Below, in pieces: positions 19,195 through 29,863 of a DNA stretch of 64,000 nt (its first letter is position 1; each line of letters opens with the position of its first letter). Where the stretch lies: the NCBI GenBank assembly GCA_963824475.1, contig CAWGPR010000003.1, positions 10,737 to 74,736 of the forward strand, given 5' to 3'. A program made the position numbers and the translations under genes. Source of the DNA: an uncultured Alphaproteobacteria bacterium (GTDB lineage Bacteria; Pseudomonadota; Alphaproteobacteria; Rhizobiales; Beijerinckiaceae). Below the pieces are notes generated by a model. The model was not told where the DNA came from. It made no database searches and saw only the letters and a list, made by a program, of their open reading frames with translations.

Positions 19195-20522
19195 GCGAAC
19201 CCGTCATCCGATCCCTTGTCGCGCGGCGCATCTGGGATTCGCGCGGCCGACCGACCGTCGAGGCGGAAATCGCCCTGAGCGACGGCGCGGTAGGGCGGGG
19301 AATTGCCCCTGCCGGAGCCTCGCGCGGCGCCCGCGAGGCGATCGACAAGCGCGATGGGGACAAGCGCTTCGGCGGTCTCGACGTGCAGGACGCGCTGCAA
19401 GGGATCGCCAAAGAAATCGCGCCCCCGCTCATTGGTCTCGACCCGTTCGATCAGGCCGCGATCGACGCGAAGCTCATCGCCCTCGACGGCACGCCGAACA
19501 AGGCGAGGCTCGGCGGCAACGCGCTGACCGCCGTTTCGCTCGCTGTGCTCCATGCCGCGGCCGCAAGCCAAGGCTTGCCGCTCTGGCGCCATCTCCTGGG
19601 CGAGAGACAGGCGGTCATTCCGCTGCCGGAAATCCAGATCTTCGGCGGCGGCGCCCATGCCGGACGGCGTACCGACATCCAGGATTTCATGGTCGTCGCG
19701 CCGCGCGCCAAAAATTTCGCCGAGGCGCTGGCGGTCACGGCGGAGGTCTACCATGCCGCTGGCGCCATCATGGCGGAGCGCGGCCTCCTGCAGGGCGTGG
19801 CCGACGAAGGCGGCTGGTGGCCGGCGTTTTCGACCAACGAGGAGGCGCTCGAAACGCTGATGCGGGCGATCGAGCGCGCCGGACTTGCTCCGGGCGAGGA
19901 CGTAAGCCTATCGCTCGACGTCGCCGCATCGGAATTCGGCCGATCCGGCCGCTACCGCCTGGGCCTCGAACAGCGCGAGCTCGATCGTGACGCGCTGGCC
20001 GAGATGCTGCTTGGCTGGTGCGCCCGCTATCCGATCTTGTCGATCGAAGACCCGTTCGCCGAGGACGATGATAAAGGGTTCGAGCAATTCGCCGCCGCGG
20101 TCGGCGACCGCATCCAGGTGATCGGCGACGATTATCTCGTCACCAGCGCAAGCCGCGTCGCCGAGGCGGCGCGCCGGAGAAGCGTCAACGCGGTGCTGGT
20201 CAAGGTCAACCAGGCGGGAACCGTCAGCGAAGCCAAAGCCGCCTGCGACGAGGGGCGCCGCTCCGGCTTTGGGACGATCGTCTCGGCGCGTTCGGGAGAG
20301 ACCGAGGACACATCGATCGTTCATCTCGCGATTGGCTGGGGCGCCGGACAGCTCAAAGTCGGTTCGTTCGCGCGCTCCGAACGGATGGCGAAGTGGAACG
20401 AGGCGCTGCGCATCGAGGAGGCGCTAGGCTCAAAGGCGCGCTTCGCCGGGCTCGACGAGACGCCAATGCGCCGGCAGGCGGCAAAATCGGCGCAAACGGC
20501 CGCTGGAGGTCGCGCGGGATGA
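19191..20522 (+). CDS. Divergent enolase-family paralogue
   Basis: RRIWDSRGRPTVEAEI, ADEGGWWP, LSIEDPFAEDD, GDDYLVTS, VKVNQAGTVSEA, SARSGETED. SARS stands where canonical enolase has SHRS, and QDFM stands where it has QEFM. The ATG overlaps the kinase stop. Confidence 0.8.
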   Translation: MSEPVIRSLVARRIWDSRGRPTVEAEIALSDGAVGRGIAPAGASRGAREAIDKRDGDKRFGGLDVQDALQGIAKEIAPPLIGLDPFDQAAIDAKLIALDGTPNKARLGGNALTAVSLAVLHAAAASQGLPLWRHLLGERQAVIPLPEIQIFGGGAHAGRRTDIQDFMVVAPRAKNFAEALAVTAEVYHAAGAIMAERGLLQGVADEGGWWPAFSTNEEALETLMRAIERAGLAPGEDVSLSLDVAASEFGRSGRYRLGLEQRELDRDALAEMLLGWCARYPILSIEDPFAEDDDKGFEQFAAAVGDRIQVIGDDYLVTSASRVAEAARRRSVNAVLVKVNQAGTVSEAKAACDEGRRSGFGTIVSARSGETEDTSIVHLAIGWGAGQLKVGSFARSERMAKWNEALRIEEALGSKARFAGLDETPMRRQAAKSAQTAAGGRAG

Positions 20523-22030
20523 CGAAGAGTCTCGCCATCGAGAGCGGCGCGCTCGCAATTCCAGAGCCGGACGCAAGCGGCGTTCGCGTTTACAAGGGCA
20601 TTCCCTACGCCGCCCCGCCGATCGGGCCCTTGCGCTGGCGCCCGCCTGAGCCCGCTCTCGCCTGGACGGGCGTCCGCCCGACCCATACCTTCGGCCGTAA
20701 TTCGCTGCAGGGCGTCGTCTGGGACGACATCGATCCTTACGCCGCCGGCGTCTCCGAGGATTGCCTCCATCTCAACATCTGGACGCCGGCCGCTCCGGGC
20801 GACGGCGCGCGCTTGCCGACGATGGTTTGGATTCATGGCGGCGGCTTTGTCGCAGGCTCAGGCGCCGAACCACGCTACGACGGCGCGCGCCTTGCGGCAC
20901 GAGGCGTCATCGTCGTCACCCTCAATCATCGGCTCAATGCGCTGGGCTTCCTCGCTCATCCGCAGCTCACCGCCGAATCGGACCATCGCGCGTCGGGCGC
21001 CTACGGCATGCTCGACCTTGTCGCCGCGTTGCAATGGGTCAAGCGCAACATCGCCGGCTTTGGCGGCGATCCCGCTAAGGTCACGATCGCCGGCGAATCC
21101 GCAGGTTCGCAAGCGGCGAGCGCGCTGATGGCCTCGCCGCTCGCCAAGGGACTGTTCGCGCGCGTCATCGGCGAGAGCGGAGCGATGTTCGCTTCCCCGA
21201 GCCGCGCGCCGGCGTCGCTCGCGGAGGCCGAGGCCGCCGGCCTCGACTTCATGCGCAAGGTGGGAGCGAATTCGCTGGCCGAGCTGCGCGCCGCCCCCGC
21301 CGAGGCGATCCTCGCCGCCGCGCCGGGACTCGGCTTCCGCCCCATTGTCGACGGATGGTTTCTTCCGCGCCCGCCGGCCGAGATTTTTGCCGCCGGTGAG
21401 CAGAGCGACGTCCCGCTGATGGTCGGCTGGAACAAGGACGAGGGCTTCAACTTTACCTTACTTCAGGGCAACGACGCGAAGCACTCCTATTCTGAACTCG
21501 TCCGCTCGATCTTTGGCGAGCGAACGGAGGGGGCGCTTCGCGCCTACCCAGGCGGACCGCCTGAGACTGACGCCGCCTCGGCGCGCGCCCTCGGCGGCGA
21601 CCTCGCCATCATCCACCCCACCTGGGCCTGGATCGAGGCGCAGAAGCAAAGCGGACGCGCCGACATTTTCCGCTTCCGGTTCGACCGCGCGCCTCTCACT
21701 CCACAGGGTTGGTTTGGCGAGCGCGACAGTAGCGACGCCGGCGCTTTCCATGCCGGCGAACTCCTCTATGTCTTCGACAACCTCCACGCTTATCCGTGGC
21801 TGATCGACGATGCCGACCGCGCGCTGGCGAAGCTGACGTCGAGCTACTGGATCAACTTCATCGCCAACGGAGACCCCAATGGCGCCGGCCTGCCGCTCTG
21901 GCCGTCCTACCGCAGCGCCGGCGCCCCGGTGATGGCGCTAGACACGGCGCCCAAGGCGGGACCGGAGGAATGGCGAGAGCGGCACATGTTCCTCAGGCAG
22001 ACGACGGACGGAGGCAAGGGCGCGGATTGA
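20518..22030 (+). CDS. Carboxylesterase type B (para-nitrobenzyl-esterase-like)
   Basis: YKGIPYAAPPIGPLRWRPP, EDCLHLNIW, WIHGGGF, nucleophile elbow GESAGS. The ATG overlaps the enolase stop. Confidence 0.9.
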
Positions 22031-22051
22031 TCGCGAGACGCTCGCGATCAA

Positions 22052-22993
22052 TTATTCCGTCAGGCGCGCGTAGGCTGCGGCGAGCGACAGGATGATCGCC
22101 CCGTAAAGCACCTGTTTGATCGGCTCGGAGACATCGAGCAGCGTGAGGAGACCGGTGAGAACGGTCAGGATCAGCGCGCCAACTATGGTCCCTGCATAGC
22201 CGCCGCGGCCGCCGAAGATCGAAGTGCCGCCGATGACCACGCAGGCGACGGAGGGCAGCAAGTAGCTGTCGGCGAGGCTGAGATCGGCCGCGTTCGTCCC
22301 GCCCACCAGGACCAGTCCCGTGATCGCCGCGAGAACCGCGCAGAGCAAATAATTGGCGAACAAGACGCGCCAGACCCGCACACCGGCGAGATGGCAGGCC
22401 TCGCGATTGTCGCCGACTGCATAGAGGAGGCGGCCGAACCCGGTCCGCTGCAGGCCGAACAAGATCAACGCCCCGATGACGAGCCACAGAAACAGGTCGA
22501 TCGGGATCAGCCCGATCACCTTTCCCGCGCCCAGCGTTTGGATAACCTCGGGGACATGCGGCTGGCTCGCCATCATATGTTGACTGTAGACGATCATCAC
22601 GCCGCCGGTCATGAGCCCGGTGCCAAGCGTCATCACCAGCGGCTGCACGCGCAAGAGCGCAACCCCGATCCCGTTGACGAGGCCGACGACTGCGCCGAGC
22701 AGGAGGGCTACGCCGATCGCCGGTGCGGTTCCGGAAGACGCGTTGGTCGCCAAGAGGTAAGCTGCTCCGGTCGCCACGCTCGCCACCGAGAGGTCGATGC
22801 CGCCCGTCAGCATCACCATCGTCTGTCCGCCGCCCATGATCGCGAGCGGCGCGGCGAACAGAATGGTGTTCGAGGCCCAGAGCGGCGTGACCGTCCCGGG
22901 CCTCACCAACTCGACGCCGAGGACGAAAACCGCCAACAACAGGATTAGCGCATAGATCGTGTGCGCGCGCAGGAAGCTTAAAACCAGCCTCAT
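22052..22993 (-). CDS. Monosaccharide (CUT2, RbsC-like) ABC transporter permease
   Basis: GGIDLSVASV motif and about 10 hydrophobic helices. Confidence 0.85.
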   Translation of the reverse strand: MRLVLSFLRAHTIYALILLLAVFVLGVELVRPGTVTPLWASNTILFAAPLAIMGGGQTMVMLTGGIDLSVASVATGAAYLLATNASSGTAPAIGVALLLGAVVGLVNGIGVALLRVQPLVMTLGTGLMTGGVMIVYSQHMMASQPHVPEVIQTLGAGKVIGLIPIDLFLWLVIGALILFGLQRTGFGRLLYAVGDNREACHLAGVRVWRVLFANYLLCAVLAAITGLVLVGGTNAADLSLADSYLLPSVACVVIGGTSIFGGRGGYAGTIVGALILTVLTGLLTLLDVSEPIKQVLYGAIILSLAAAYARLTE

Positions 22994-23976
22994 TTACGTT
23001 CCTGCAGATAGGCGAACAGGCCCGCGACCATCACCACCAGCACGATCAACGTGCCCTGGATGACCTGGCCGTAGTTCGGGTCGATGCCGAGGAACACCAA
23101 GTCCATCGGCGCGAGCGTCAGCAAGAGCGCGGCGATGACTGGCCCCACCATTCCGCCGCGGCCGCCCGCGAGGCTGACGCCGCCGATCACGACAGCGGCG
23201 ACGCTGCTTAGCGTGTAATAGGCGCCCGCCAGGGGAGCGCCGATTCCCGTCGTCATGGTCAGGGCCATGCCGCCGACGGCGCAGGCGACGCCGCTGAAGA
23301 CATAGGCGATCGTACGCGCTCTCATCACGTTGACGCCGCTGCGAAAAGCGGCGACCGGATCGCTGCCGGCGGCGTAGATCAGAAGCCCGATGCGGCTGAG
23401 CCGGATCGGCAGCCAGATCGCGGCGACGGCGACGATCATCACCACCAGCGCGTTCGGCAGCCAAGGTCCGAAATCCGCGCCGGCGGCGATATTGAGGTAG
23501 TCCGCGGGCGCGCCTCCGCCGGGCCGCTCCAGAATGAGCAACGCCACGCCGCCCCAGATGAATCCAGTGGTCAGCGTGGCGACGACGTCGGGAATACGCG
23601 AGGCGGCGACGACGAGGCCGTTCAACAGCCCCAGCCCCGCGCCGGCGGCCAGCACGAAGATCGAGATCGCGAGCGATTGGCGAAAGTCAGCGTGCTGCAT
23701 CAGGCTGGCGGAGAGGACGTTCGACACTGCGATCATCGAGCCGACCGAGAGGTCGATGCCGCCGCTGATGACGACAATTGCCTGCGCCGCGGCGGCAAGC
23801 GCGAGCGGCAGAGCGCCAAGCGCCAAGGATTGAATTTCAAACGAACCAAAATCGGGATGGATGGCGACCGTCGCCGCCATCGCCGCGGCGAGCAAGAGCG
23901 GCATGCCGAGAAATCGGCTGGCCCGCGCGAGCCTCCTCAAAGAGGCGCTGTCGTCTCGAGCCGCCGCGGCAGTCAT
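22990..23976 (-). CDS. Monosaccharide (CUT2, RbsC-like) ABC transporter permease
   Basis: SGGIDLSVGSMIAV motif. 4-nt overlaps with both neighbours. Confidence 0.85.
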   Translation of the reverse strand: MTAAAARDDSASLRRLARASRFLGMPLLLAAAMAATVAIHPDFGSFEIQSLALGALPLALAAAAQAIVVISGGIDLSVGSMIAVSNVLSASLMQHADFRQSLAISIFVLAAGAGLGLLNGLVVAASRIPDVVATLTTGFIWGGVALLILERPGGGAPADYLNIAAGADFGPWLPNALVVMIVAVAAIWLPIRLSRIGLLIYAAGSDPVAAFRSGVNVMRARTIAYVFSGVACAVGGMALTMTTGIGAPLAGAYYTLSSVAAVVIGGVSLAGGRGGMVGPVIAALLLTLAPMDLVFLGIDPNYGQVIQGTLIVLVVMVAGLFAYLQERK

Positions 23977-25475
23977 GCGAGCGCCGCTGCGGCGCGGGCG
24001 TGGCCAAGGCCGTGCGCGGCTCTCAGAAGGCGTGCTTCGTCAGCTTCCGCGGCCGGCATTTCCGCGGAGATGCGGCCTGCGAACAGAACGATCGCCCGAT
24101 CGCAGGCCAGGCGAATTTCAGGCAATTCCGATGTGAACAGCAGAACGGACAGGCCCTGATCGGCGATCTCGCGCATGAGCGAATAGATTTGCTGCTTGGT
24201 GCCGATGTCGATGCCGCGGGTCGGGTCGAAGCAGAGCAGGGTCTTGAAGCCGGCGGCGATCCAGCGGGCGATGACGACCTTCTGCATGTTGCCGCCGCTG
24301 AGGCGTCGCACTTCCGCCGCCGCGCGAGTGTCGATCTGCAATTTCCGCACGGCGGCGTCCACACGGCGCCTCTCCTCGCCCATCGCAATCGGGCCCCAAC
24401 TGCGCAATCGGCCAAATGCGGCCAGCGCCACGTTCTCCTGCACCGAGCGTTGCGGCAGGAGCGAAACCAGCCGATTGGCCGGGACTAGGACGAGCCCGGC
24501 GCGGATCGCGTCAGCTGGATGCCGCAGTTTCAGCACACGCCCTTCCGCGCGCACCTCCCCGGCGTCGGCTCGCCTGACGCCAGCAACGCAATCGAACAGT
24601 TCCTCCTGTCCCTGACCCTCCAGAGCGGCCACTCCGAGCACCTCGCCGCGACTGACCTGGAAAGAGACGCCATGCAGCGCATGGCCATAAGCAAGGCCGT
24701 CGACTTCGAGCGCCGGCGTCTCATGCGCCGCTGCGGGACGGGCGGCGCGCGCCACTGGGGCCGCCGTCGCCTTGGCCACGTCCGAGCCCAGCATGAGGTT
24801 GACGATCGTCTCTTCGGCGCCCTTGGTCGGCGTGACGCCGACGGTGATCCCGTCGCGCAGCACCGTCGCGCGGTCGCAGAGCATGGCGATCTCGGCCATG
24901 CGGTGCGAAATGAAGATCACGCTCGCGCCACGGCCACGAAAATCCCGTACGACCTTGAACACGCGCTCGGAGAGATCCGCGGGCAGCGCGGCGGTGATCT
25001 CGTCCAGCATCAGAACGCGCGGATCCGACGCCAGCGCGCGGGCGAGATCGATCAGCCGCAAGTGGGCGAAGTCGACGTCGCGCGCGACGGTCGCGAGATT
25101 GACCCGCTCGACGCCAAGCTCACGCATCGCCGCCCTGACCCGGTCGAGGGAGACGCGCGCGAGCCGCATGTTCTGCGCCAGGGTGAGATCGGGAACGATC
25201 GCCGGATCCTGATAAACGGACACGATGCCGGCCCGGCGCGCCTCGGCGGGCGATCGAAAGGCCACAGGGCGCCCCGCCAGGGCCATTTCGCCCTCATCGG
25301 CGGGGAACACGCCGGTAATGATCTTGACCAGCGTGCTCTTGCCCGCTCCGTTCGCGCCCACCAGCGCATGCGCTTCGCCCGGCCGCACCTCGAGGTCCGC
25401 CGAGCGCAGGGCCCTCACCGCTCCGAACGTCTTCGCGACGCCGCGAATGCGAAGAAGCGGCAGAGCGTCGTTCAT
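23973..25475 (-). CDS. Sugar ABC transporter ATP-binding protein with duplicated NBD (RbsA/MglA-like)
   Basis: GANGAGKST Walker A. Second-domain signature LSGGNMQKV. 500 aa. Confidence 0.9.
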   Translation of the reverse strand: MNDALPLLRIRGVAKTFGAVRALRSADLEVRPGEAHALVGANGAGKSTLVKIITGVFPADEGEMALAGRPVAFRSPAEARRAGIVSVYQDPAIVPDLTLAQNMRLARVSLDRVRAAMRELGVERVNLATVARDVDFAHLRLIDLARALASDPRVLMLDEITAALPADLSERVFKVVRDFRGRGASVIFISHRMAEIAMLCDRATVLRDGITVGVTPTKGAEETIVNLMLGSDVAKATAAPVARAARPAAAHETPALEVDGLAYGHALHGVSFQVSRGEVLGVAALEGQGQEELFDCVAGVRRADAGEVRAEGRVLKLRHPADAIRAGLVLVPANRLVSLLPQRSVQENVALAAFGRLRSWGPIAMGEERRRVDAAVRKLQIDTRAAAEVRRLSGGNMQKVVIARWIAAGFKTLLCFDPTRGIDIGTKQQIYSLMREIADQGLSVLLFTSELPEIRLACDRAIVLFAGRISAEMPAAEADEARLLRAAHGLGHARAAAALA

Positions 25476-25551
25476 GCGTCCGCTCCAAAAAAACGGCCGG
25501 CGGGTGTCCCGCCGGCCTTCCGGGCCCCTTGGGGCGCCTATTCAACCGAGG

Positions 25552-26574
25552 TCAGGGACCCTTGCAAGCGATGATCTGATCCATCGTGTAGTGGGTGTAG
25601 GGCGGCACGTTGACAGCGACGCTGTAGAAGGGGTCGAGCTTGGGGTTGTAGGCCTTCTTGAGCTCGGCCATGCCGGTGTCGTTGTTCCAGATCGTCGGCG
25701 TGATCTTGATTAGGTGCGGGTGCTCATTCTTCGCCAGGATGTCGAGCGCCAGGCCCAGTCCGGCGCCGCCGACCGCCGGCGGATTGCTGACCGCCGCTCC
25801 CTCGAGGCCCTTGCTCTTCAAGTCGATGAGCTGGCCGATAAAGCCGTTGTTGTCGGCGCCGACGACGGGGACGAACGGCTTGTCCGCGGTCTTGTAGGCG
25901 TCCACCACCGTCGAATCGATGCCCGAGGTCCAGACGCCGTCGATCTCCTTGCCCGAGGCCAGGAGGTCCTTGGTCGCCTGCGCGGTCTTGTCGAGCGCCC
26001 AGCCGGTGAACACCGTGGTGACCTTGATGTCGGGATAGCTCTTCAGCACCTCCATGAAGCCCTCATGGCGATCCGCGTCGGCGGGAACCCCGTCGATGCC
26101 GCGCATCTCGACCACCGCGCCCTTCCCGCCCAGTTTGTCGAACAGCCACTTTGCGCCGAGCTTGGCGTATTCGACCTGGTCGTTCGTCAGAACGTAGGCC
26201 TGCGGCGCCGAGACCGCCTGGTCGACCGCGACCACCACGATCCCCTTGTCCGCCGCCTGCTTGATGACTGGGTTCAGCGCTTCGCGATCGGAGGGGTTGA
26301 TGATGATGATGTTCGCGCCAGCCGAAATGAGGTTGCGGATGTCAGCGATCTGTTCCGACGGACCGCCATTGCGGTTGGCGACGACAACCTTCGAGACCTT
26401 GCCGGACGCTTCCGCCTCAGCCTTGATCGAACAGATCATCTCCTCGCGCCAGCCGTTGCCGATCAACGTATTGGAGACGCCGACGACATACTTGTCCGCC
26501 GCTTGCGCTCCGCCCGCCGCCATCGCCAACGCCGCGAGTGAGGCGCTCATAAGAATTCGCATAAGTTTCACCAT
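25552..26574 (-). CDS. Periplasmic sugar-binding protein (RbsB-like, Peripla_BP_4)
   Basis: Signal peptide MRILMSASLAALAMAAGGAQA, then KYVVGVSNTLIGNGWR. The start is either 26574 or 26562. Confidence 0.85.
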   Translation of the reverse strand: MVKLMRILMSASLAALAMAAGGAQAADKYVVGVSNTLIGNGWREEMICSIKAEAEASGKVSKVVVANRNGGPSEQIADIRNLISAGANIIIINPSDREALNPVIKQAADKGIVVVAVDQAVSAPQAYVLTNDQVEYAKLGAKWLFDKLGGKGAVVEMRGIDGVPADADRHEGFMEVLKSYPDIKVTTVFTGWALDKTAQATKDLLASGKEIDGVWTSGIDSTVVDAYKTADKPFVPVVGADNNGFIGQLIDLKSKGLEGAAVSNPPAVGGAGLGLALDILAKNEHPHLIKITPTIWNNDTGMAELKKAYNPKLDPFYSVAVNVPPYTHYTMDQIIACKGP

Positions 26575-26629
26575 TTCCTCCCACTCAAGACGCCCGGTCG
26601 CGCCGGGCCGACGCATTCGCCAAATCCGC

Positions 26630-27814
26630 TCAACCGAAACGGGCGGACGTCCACACTCCATTGTTCCGGCTGGACTTGACCGCCGCTTCAATAAACGCCA
26701 CGCCCCGCGCGCCGTCCAGCACGTTCGGGGTCAATTTCGCGCTTCTTTCGGGCGTACGCCCGGCGCGGCGGGCCGAAATCAGTTCCGCCGCGCCGCGGTA
26801 GAGGTTGGCGAAGCCCTCGACATAGCCTTCGGGATGGCCGCCCGGCATGCGCGAGCCTTCGACCGCAAGCGGCGTGTTTCCCGGCCCGCCGCGCCGCAGA
26901 ATCCGAGACGGTTCGCCATAGGGCGTGAAGCGGAGCGTTTCCGGCTCCTCGCCCGACCATTCGAGTCCGGCGCGAGCGCCATAGACCTTGAGACTTAGAT
27001 TGTTGAGATTGCCGACCGCGATCTGGCTCGCCGCCAGCACGCCGCGCGCCCCGCCTTGAAACCGCATCAGCACGTGCGCATTGTCGTCGAGTCGGCGCCC
27101 CGGCACAAAGGTCGTGAGATCCGCCGAAACCGCCTCGAGTTCGAGTCCGGTCACGAACAGCGCCAGACTGTGCGCGTGGACGCCGATGTCGGCGAGGCAG
27201 GCGGAGGCTCCCGCGCGGCCAGGATCGGTGCGCCATTCCGCCTGCTTGTGTCCGTCGGCGTCGATCGGCAGGGTCAGCCAGTCCTGGACATACGCCGCGT
27301 GGACGACCCGGATGTCGCCGATTTCGCCGCCCTCGATCATTTCGCGCGCCTGGCGCACCATCGGGTAGCCGGTATTGTTGAGGGTCACCGCAAAAATGAG
27401 CCCTTTGGCGCGGGTGAGCTCGACCAGCTCCGACGCTTCGGCGAGCGTCGTCGACAGAGGCTTGTCGCAGATGACGTCAATTCCAGCCTCCAGAAACGCT
27501 TTGGCGACGGGAAAGTGAAGGTGGTTCGGGGTGACGATGACGACGGCCTCTATGCCGTCCGGGCGCGCCGCCTCGCGGACCGCCATTTCGCGATAGTCCG
27601 AGTAGGTCCGGTCAGACGCAAGCCCGATCTCGGCGCCCGACGCGCGCGCGTTTTCGGCGTCCGAAGACAGAGCGCCGGCTTTCAGCTCGATCAGATCGTC
27701 GAGTCGCATGGCCATGCGGTGAACCGCGCCGATGAAGGCGTTGCGTCCGCCGCCGATCATGCCGACGCGCAGGCGTCCGCCCTTCAGTCCTTCGACGGCG
27801 GTCGCGTGGACCAT
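26630..27814 (-). CDS. Gfo/Idh/MocA family oxidoreductase
   Basis: LRVGMIGGGRNAFIGAVH Rossmann start and VICDKPL motif. Confidence 0.85.
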   Translation of the reverse strand: MVHATAVEGLKGGRLRVGMIGGGRNAFIGAVHRMAMRLDDLIELKAGALSSDAENARASGAEIGLASDRTYSDYREMAVREAARPDGIEAVVIVTPNHLHFPVAKAFLEAGIDVICDKPLSTTLAEASELVELTRAKGLIFAVTLNNTGYPMVRQAREMIEGGEIGDIRVVHAAYVQDWLTLPIDADGHKQAEWRTDPGRAGASACLADIGVHAHSLALFVTGLELEAVSADLTTFVPGRRLDDNAHVLMRFQGGARGVLAASQIAVGNLNNLSLKVYGARAGLEWSGEEPETLRFTPYGEPSRILRRGGPGNTPLAVEGSRMPGGHPEGYVEGFANLYRGAAELISARRAGRTPERSAKLTPNVLDGARGVAFIEAAVKSSRNNGVWTSARFG

Positions 27815-27818
27815 CGGC

Positions 27819-28878
27819 TCAGCCTCGAATGCCGAGCAGCTTGAGGTTGGTCGCGCGGTCGGCGCCGGTGGCGGCGAAGTCGTCGAACACACGGTCGGTC
27901 ACTTCGATGATATGATCGGCGATGAACTGCGCGCCCTTGCGTGCGGCGACCTCGGGATGCTGCAGGCAGTCCTCCCATTCGTACACCGCCCACCCCGCGA
28001 AGTCATAGCCCGAGAGCTTGGCGAAGATCGCGTTGAAATTGACCTGTCCATCGCCGAGCGACCGGTCCCGTCCGGCGCGCTCGAGCCATGCCTTGTAGCC
28101 CCCATAGACGCCCTGTTTCGGCGTCGGGTTGAACTCCGCGTCCTTGACGTGGAACATCTTGATCCGGTCGTGATAGGCGTCGATGAAGCCGAGATAGTCC
28201 ATGCATTGCTTGATGAAGTGGCTGGCGTCGTAATTGATGTTGCAGCGCTTGTGACCGCCGACCGCGTCGAGAAACATGTCGAAGGTATCGCCGTCGAAGA
28301 CGTCTTCGCTGGGGTGGATTTCGAAGCAGAGGTCGACGCCGTTCTCGTCGAAGACGTCGAGGATCGGCTTCCAGCGGCGGGCCTGCTCTGCGAAGCACTC
28401 CTCGATCAACCCGGCGGGCCGTTGCGGATAGGGATAGAAATAGGGCCAAGCGAGGGAGCCGGTGAAGCTCACATGCTCGGTGAGGCCAAAGCGGCGCGAG
28501 ACGCGAGCCGCCTTGCGCACCTGGTCGGCCGCCCAAAGTCGCCGCTTCTCCGGGGCACCGCGCACGGACGCCGGGCATTGACCGTCAAACAGCGCGTCAT
28601 AGGCCGGATGAACGGACACCATCTGGCCCTGAAAATGAGTGGAAAGCTCGCTGATCGCGATGCCGATGTCGGCGAGCATTCCCTTGATCTCGTCGCAATA
28701 GGTCTCGCTGTCATAGGCGCGATCGAGGTCGAACAAGCGGTGGTCCCAGGTCGGAATTCTGAATCGCCTTGTATCCGTAATCCTTGGCCCATCGCGCGAT
28801 TGAGGGTAGTGAATTGTGCGGCGGCGTATCGGTTGCGAACTGAGCCAGAAACAGACCCGGGCCCTTGATGGTTCGCAT
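27819..28878 (-). pseudogene. Sugar phosphate isomerase/epimerase (xylose isomerase-like TIM barrel) protein; frame broken by a 1-nt insertion at 28754-28759
   Basis: The N-terminus MRTIKGPGLFLAQFATD...WAKDYGYKAIQ is in one frame. ...FDLDRAYDSETYCDEIKG...ELSTHFQGQMVSVHPAYD continues in another. Removing one A from CAGAATTCC (minus strand) gives IQIPTWDHRLFDLDRAY. Confidence 0.8.
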
Positions 28879-29081
28879 CGCGTTTTCTCCCTCAGCGGCC
28901 TCCGCCGCCTTCATGCAGAAATATTGTGTCGCATCATCGATACTGGCAAAGAACTTCCATTTGTCAATGGCGATTGATCGCCAGCAGGGGCTCTTCTCGC
29001 CAAGAAATTTCTAGAGTTTGACATTCGGAATTTCTGATCCAAGATTGGGCGAACAAGAGAACCTCTCGGGGAGGGCGGCGC

Positions 29082-29852
29082 ATGAACGGACGGGTGGTCG
29101 TGGTCACCGGGTCAACCCAGGGCGTCGGCCTGGCCATCGCGCAAGCGGCGGCGCGCGCCGGCGCCGAGGGTCTCGTGGTGACGGGCAGAGACGCGGGCAA
29201 AGGCGCGACCGCAGCGGCGGAGGTCGAGCGAAGCGGCGCGCCTGCCCTGTTCGTGGCGGCGGATCTCGAGCACGCCAGCGCGCCGGATCTGATCTTCGAC
29301 GCCGCGCTCAAGCGGTTCGGCCGCGTCGACGCGCTGGTCAATTCCGCCGCTCTCACCGACCGGGGATCGCTCGCGGAAGCTGACCTGAGGCTCTGGGAGC
29401 GGCTCTTCGCCGTCAACGCGCGAGCCCCATTCTTTCTGATGCAGCGGCTCATCAACCACCTGCGCGAGCGCGGAGCGCCCAGCTCGATCGTCAACATCCT
29501 CTCGGTGCACGCTCGCGGCGGGGCTCCGGAGCTCGCGGTCTACGCCTCGACGAAGTCGGCGCTGGCCGGGCTGACCAAGAACGCGGCGAACGCCCATCGT
29601 TTCGACCGCATTCGCGTCAACGGCGTCATTCTGGGCTGGGTCGACACCCCTGCCGAACGGCATATGCAGGCGGTCACGCTTGGCAAAGGCGAGGGATGGC
29701 TCGCCGAAACCGCCGCGAAAATGCCGTTCGGGCGCCTTTTGACCCCGGACGACGTCGCGCGGCTCTCGCTGTTTCTTCTGTCCGACGCCTCGGAGCCGAT
29801 GACCGGCGCTCTGATTGACTACGCGCAGCACGTCTTCGGCGGACTGGACTGA
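29082..29852 (+). CDS. SDR family oxidoreductase
   Basis: RVVVVTGSTQGVGLAIA, NSAA, YASTKSAL. Confidence 0.85.
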   Translation: MNGRVVVVTGSTQGVGLAIAQAAARAGAEGLVVTGRDAGKGATAAAEVERSGAPALFVAADLEHASAPDLIFDAALKRFGRVDALVNSAALTDRGSLAEADLRLWERLFAVNARAPFFLMQRLINHLRERGAPSSIVNILSVHARGGAPELAVYASTKSALAGLTKNAANAHRFDRIRVNGVILGWVDTPAERHMQAVTLGKGEGWLAETAAKMPFGRLLTPDDVARLSLFLLSDASEPMTGALIDYAQHVFGGLD

Positions 29853-29863
29853 GGCCCGAGGCG

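Noticed and set aside
374-28759. Two of the frameshifts create EcoRI sites (GAATTC), which suggested a cloning or engineering scar
   Set aside because: The third equivalent lesion (ppx) creates GAAATC, not an EcoRI site. What all three share is an extra A inside GANTC, which points to methylation-linked error rather than engineering.
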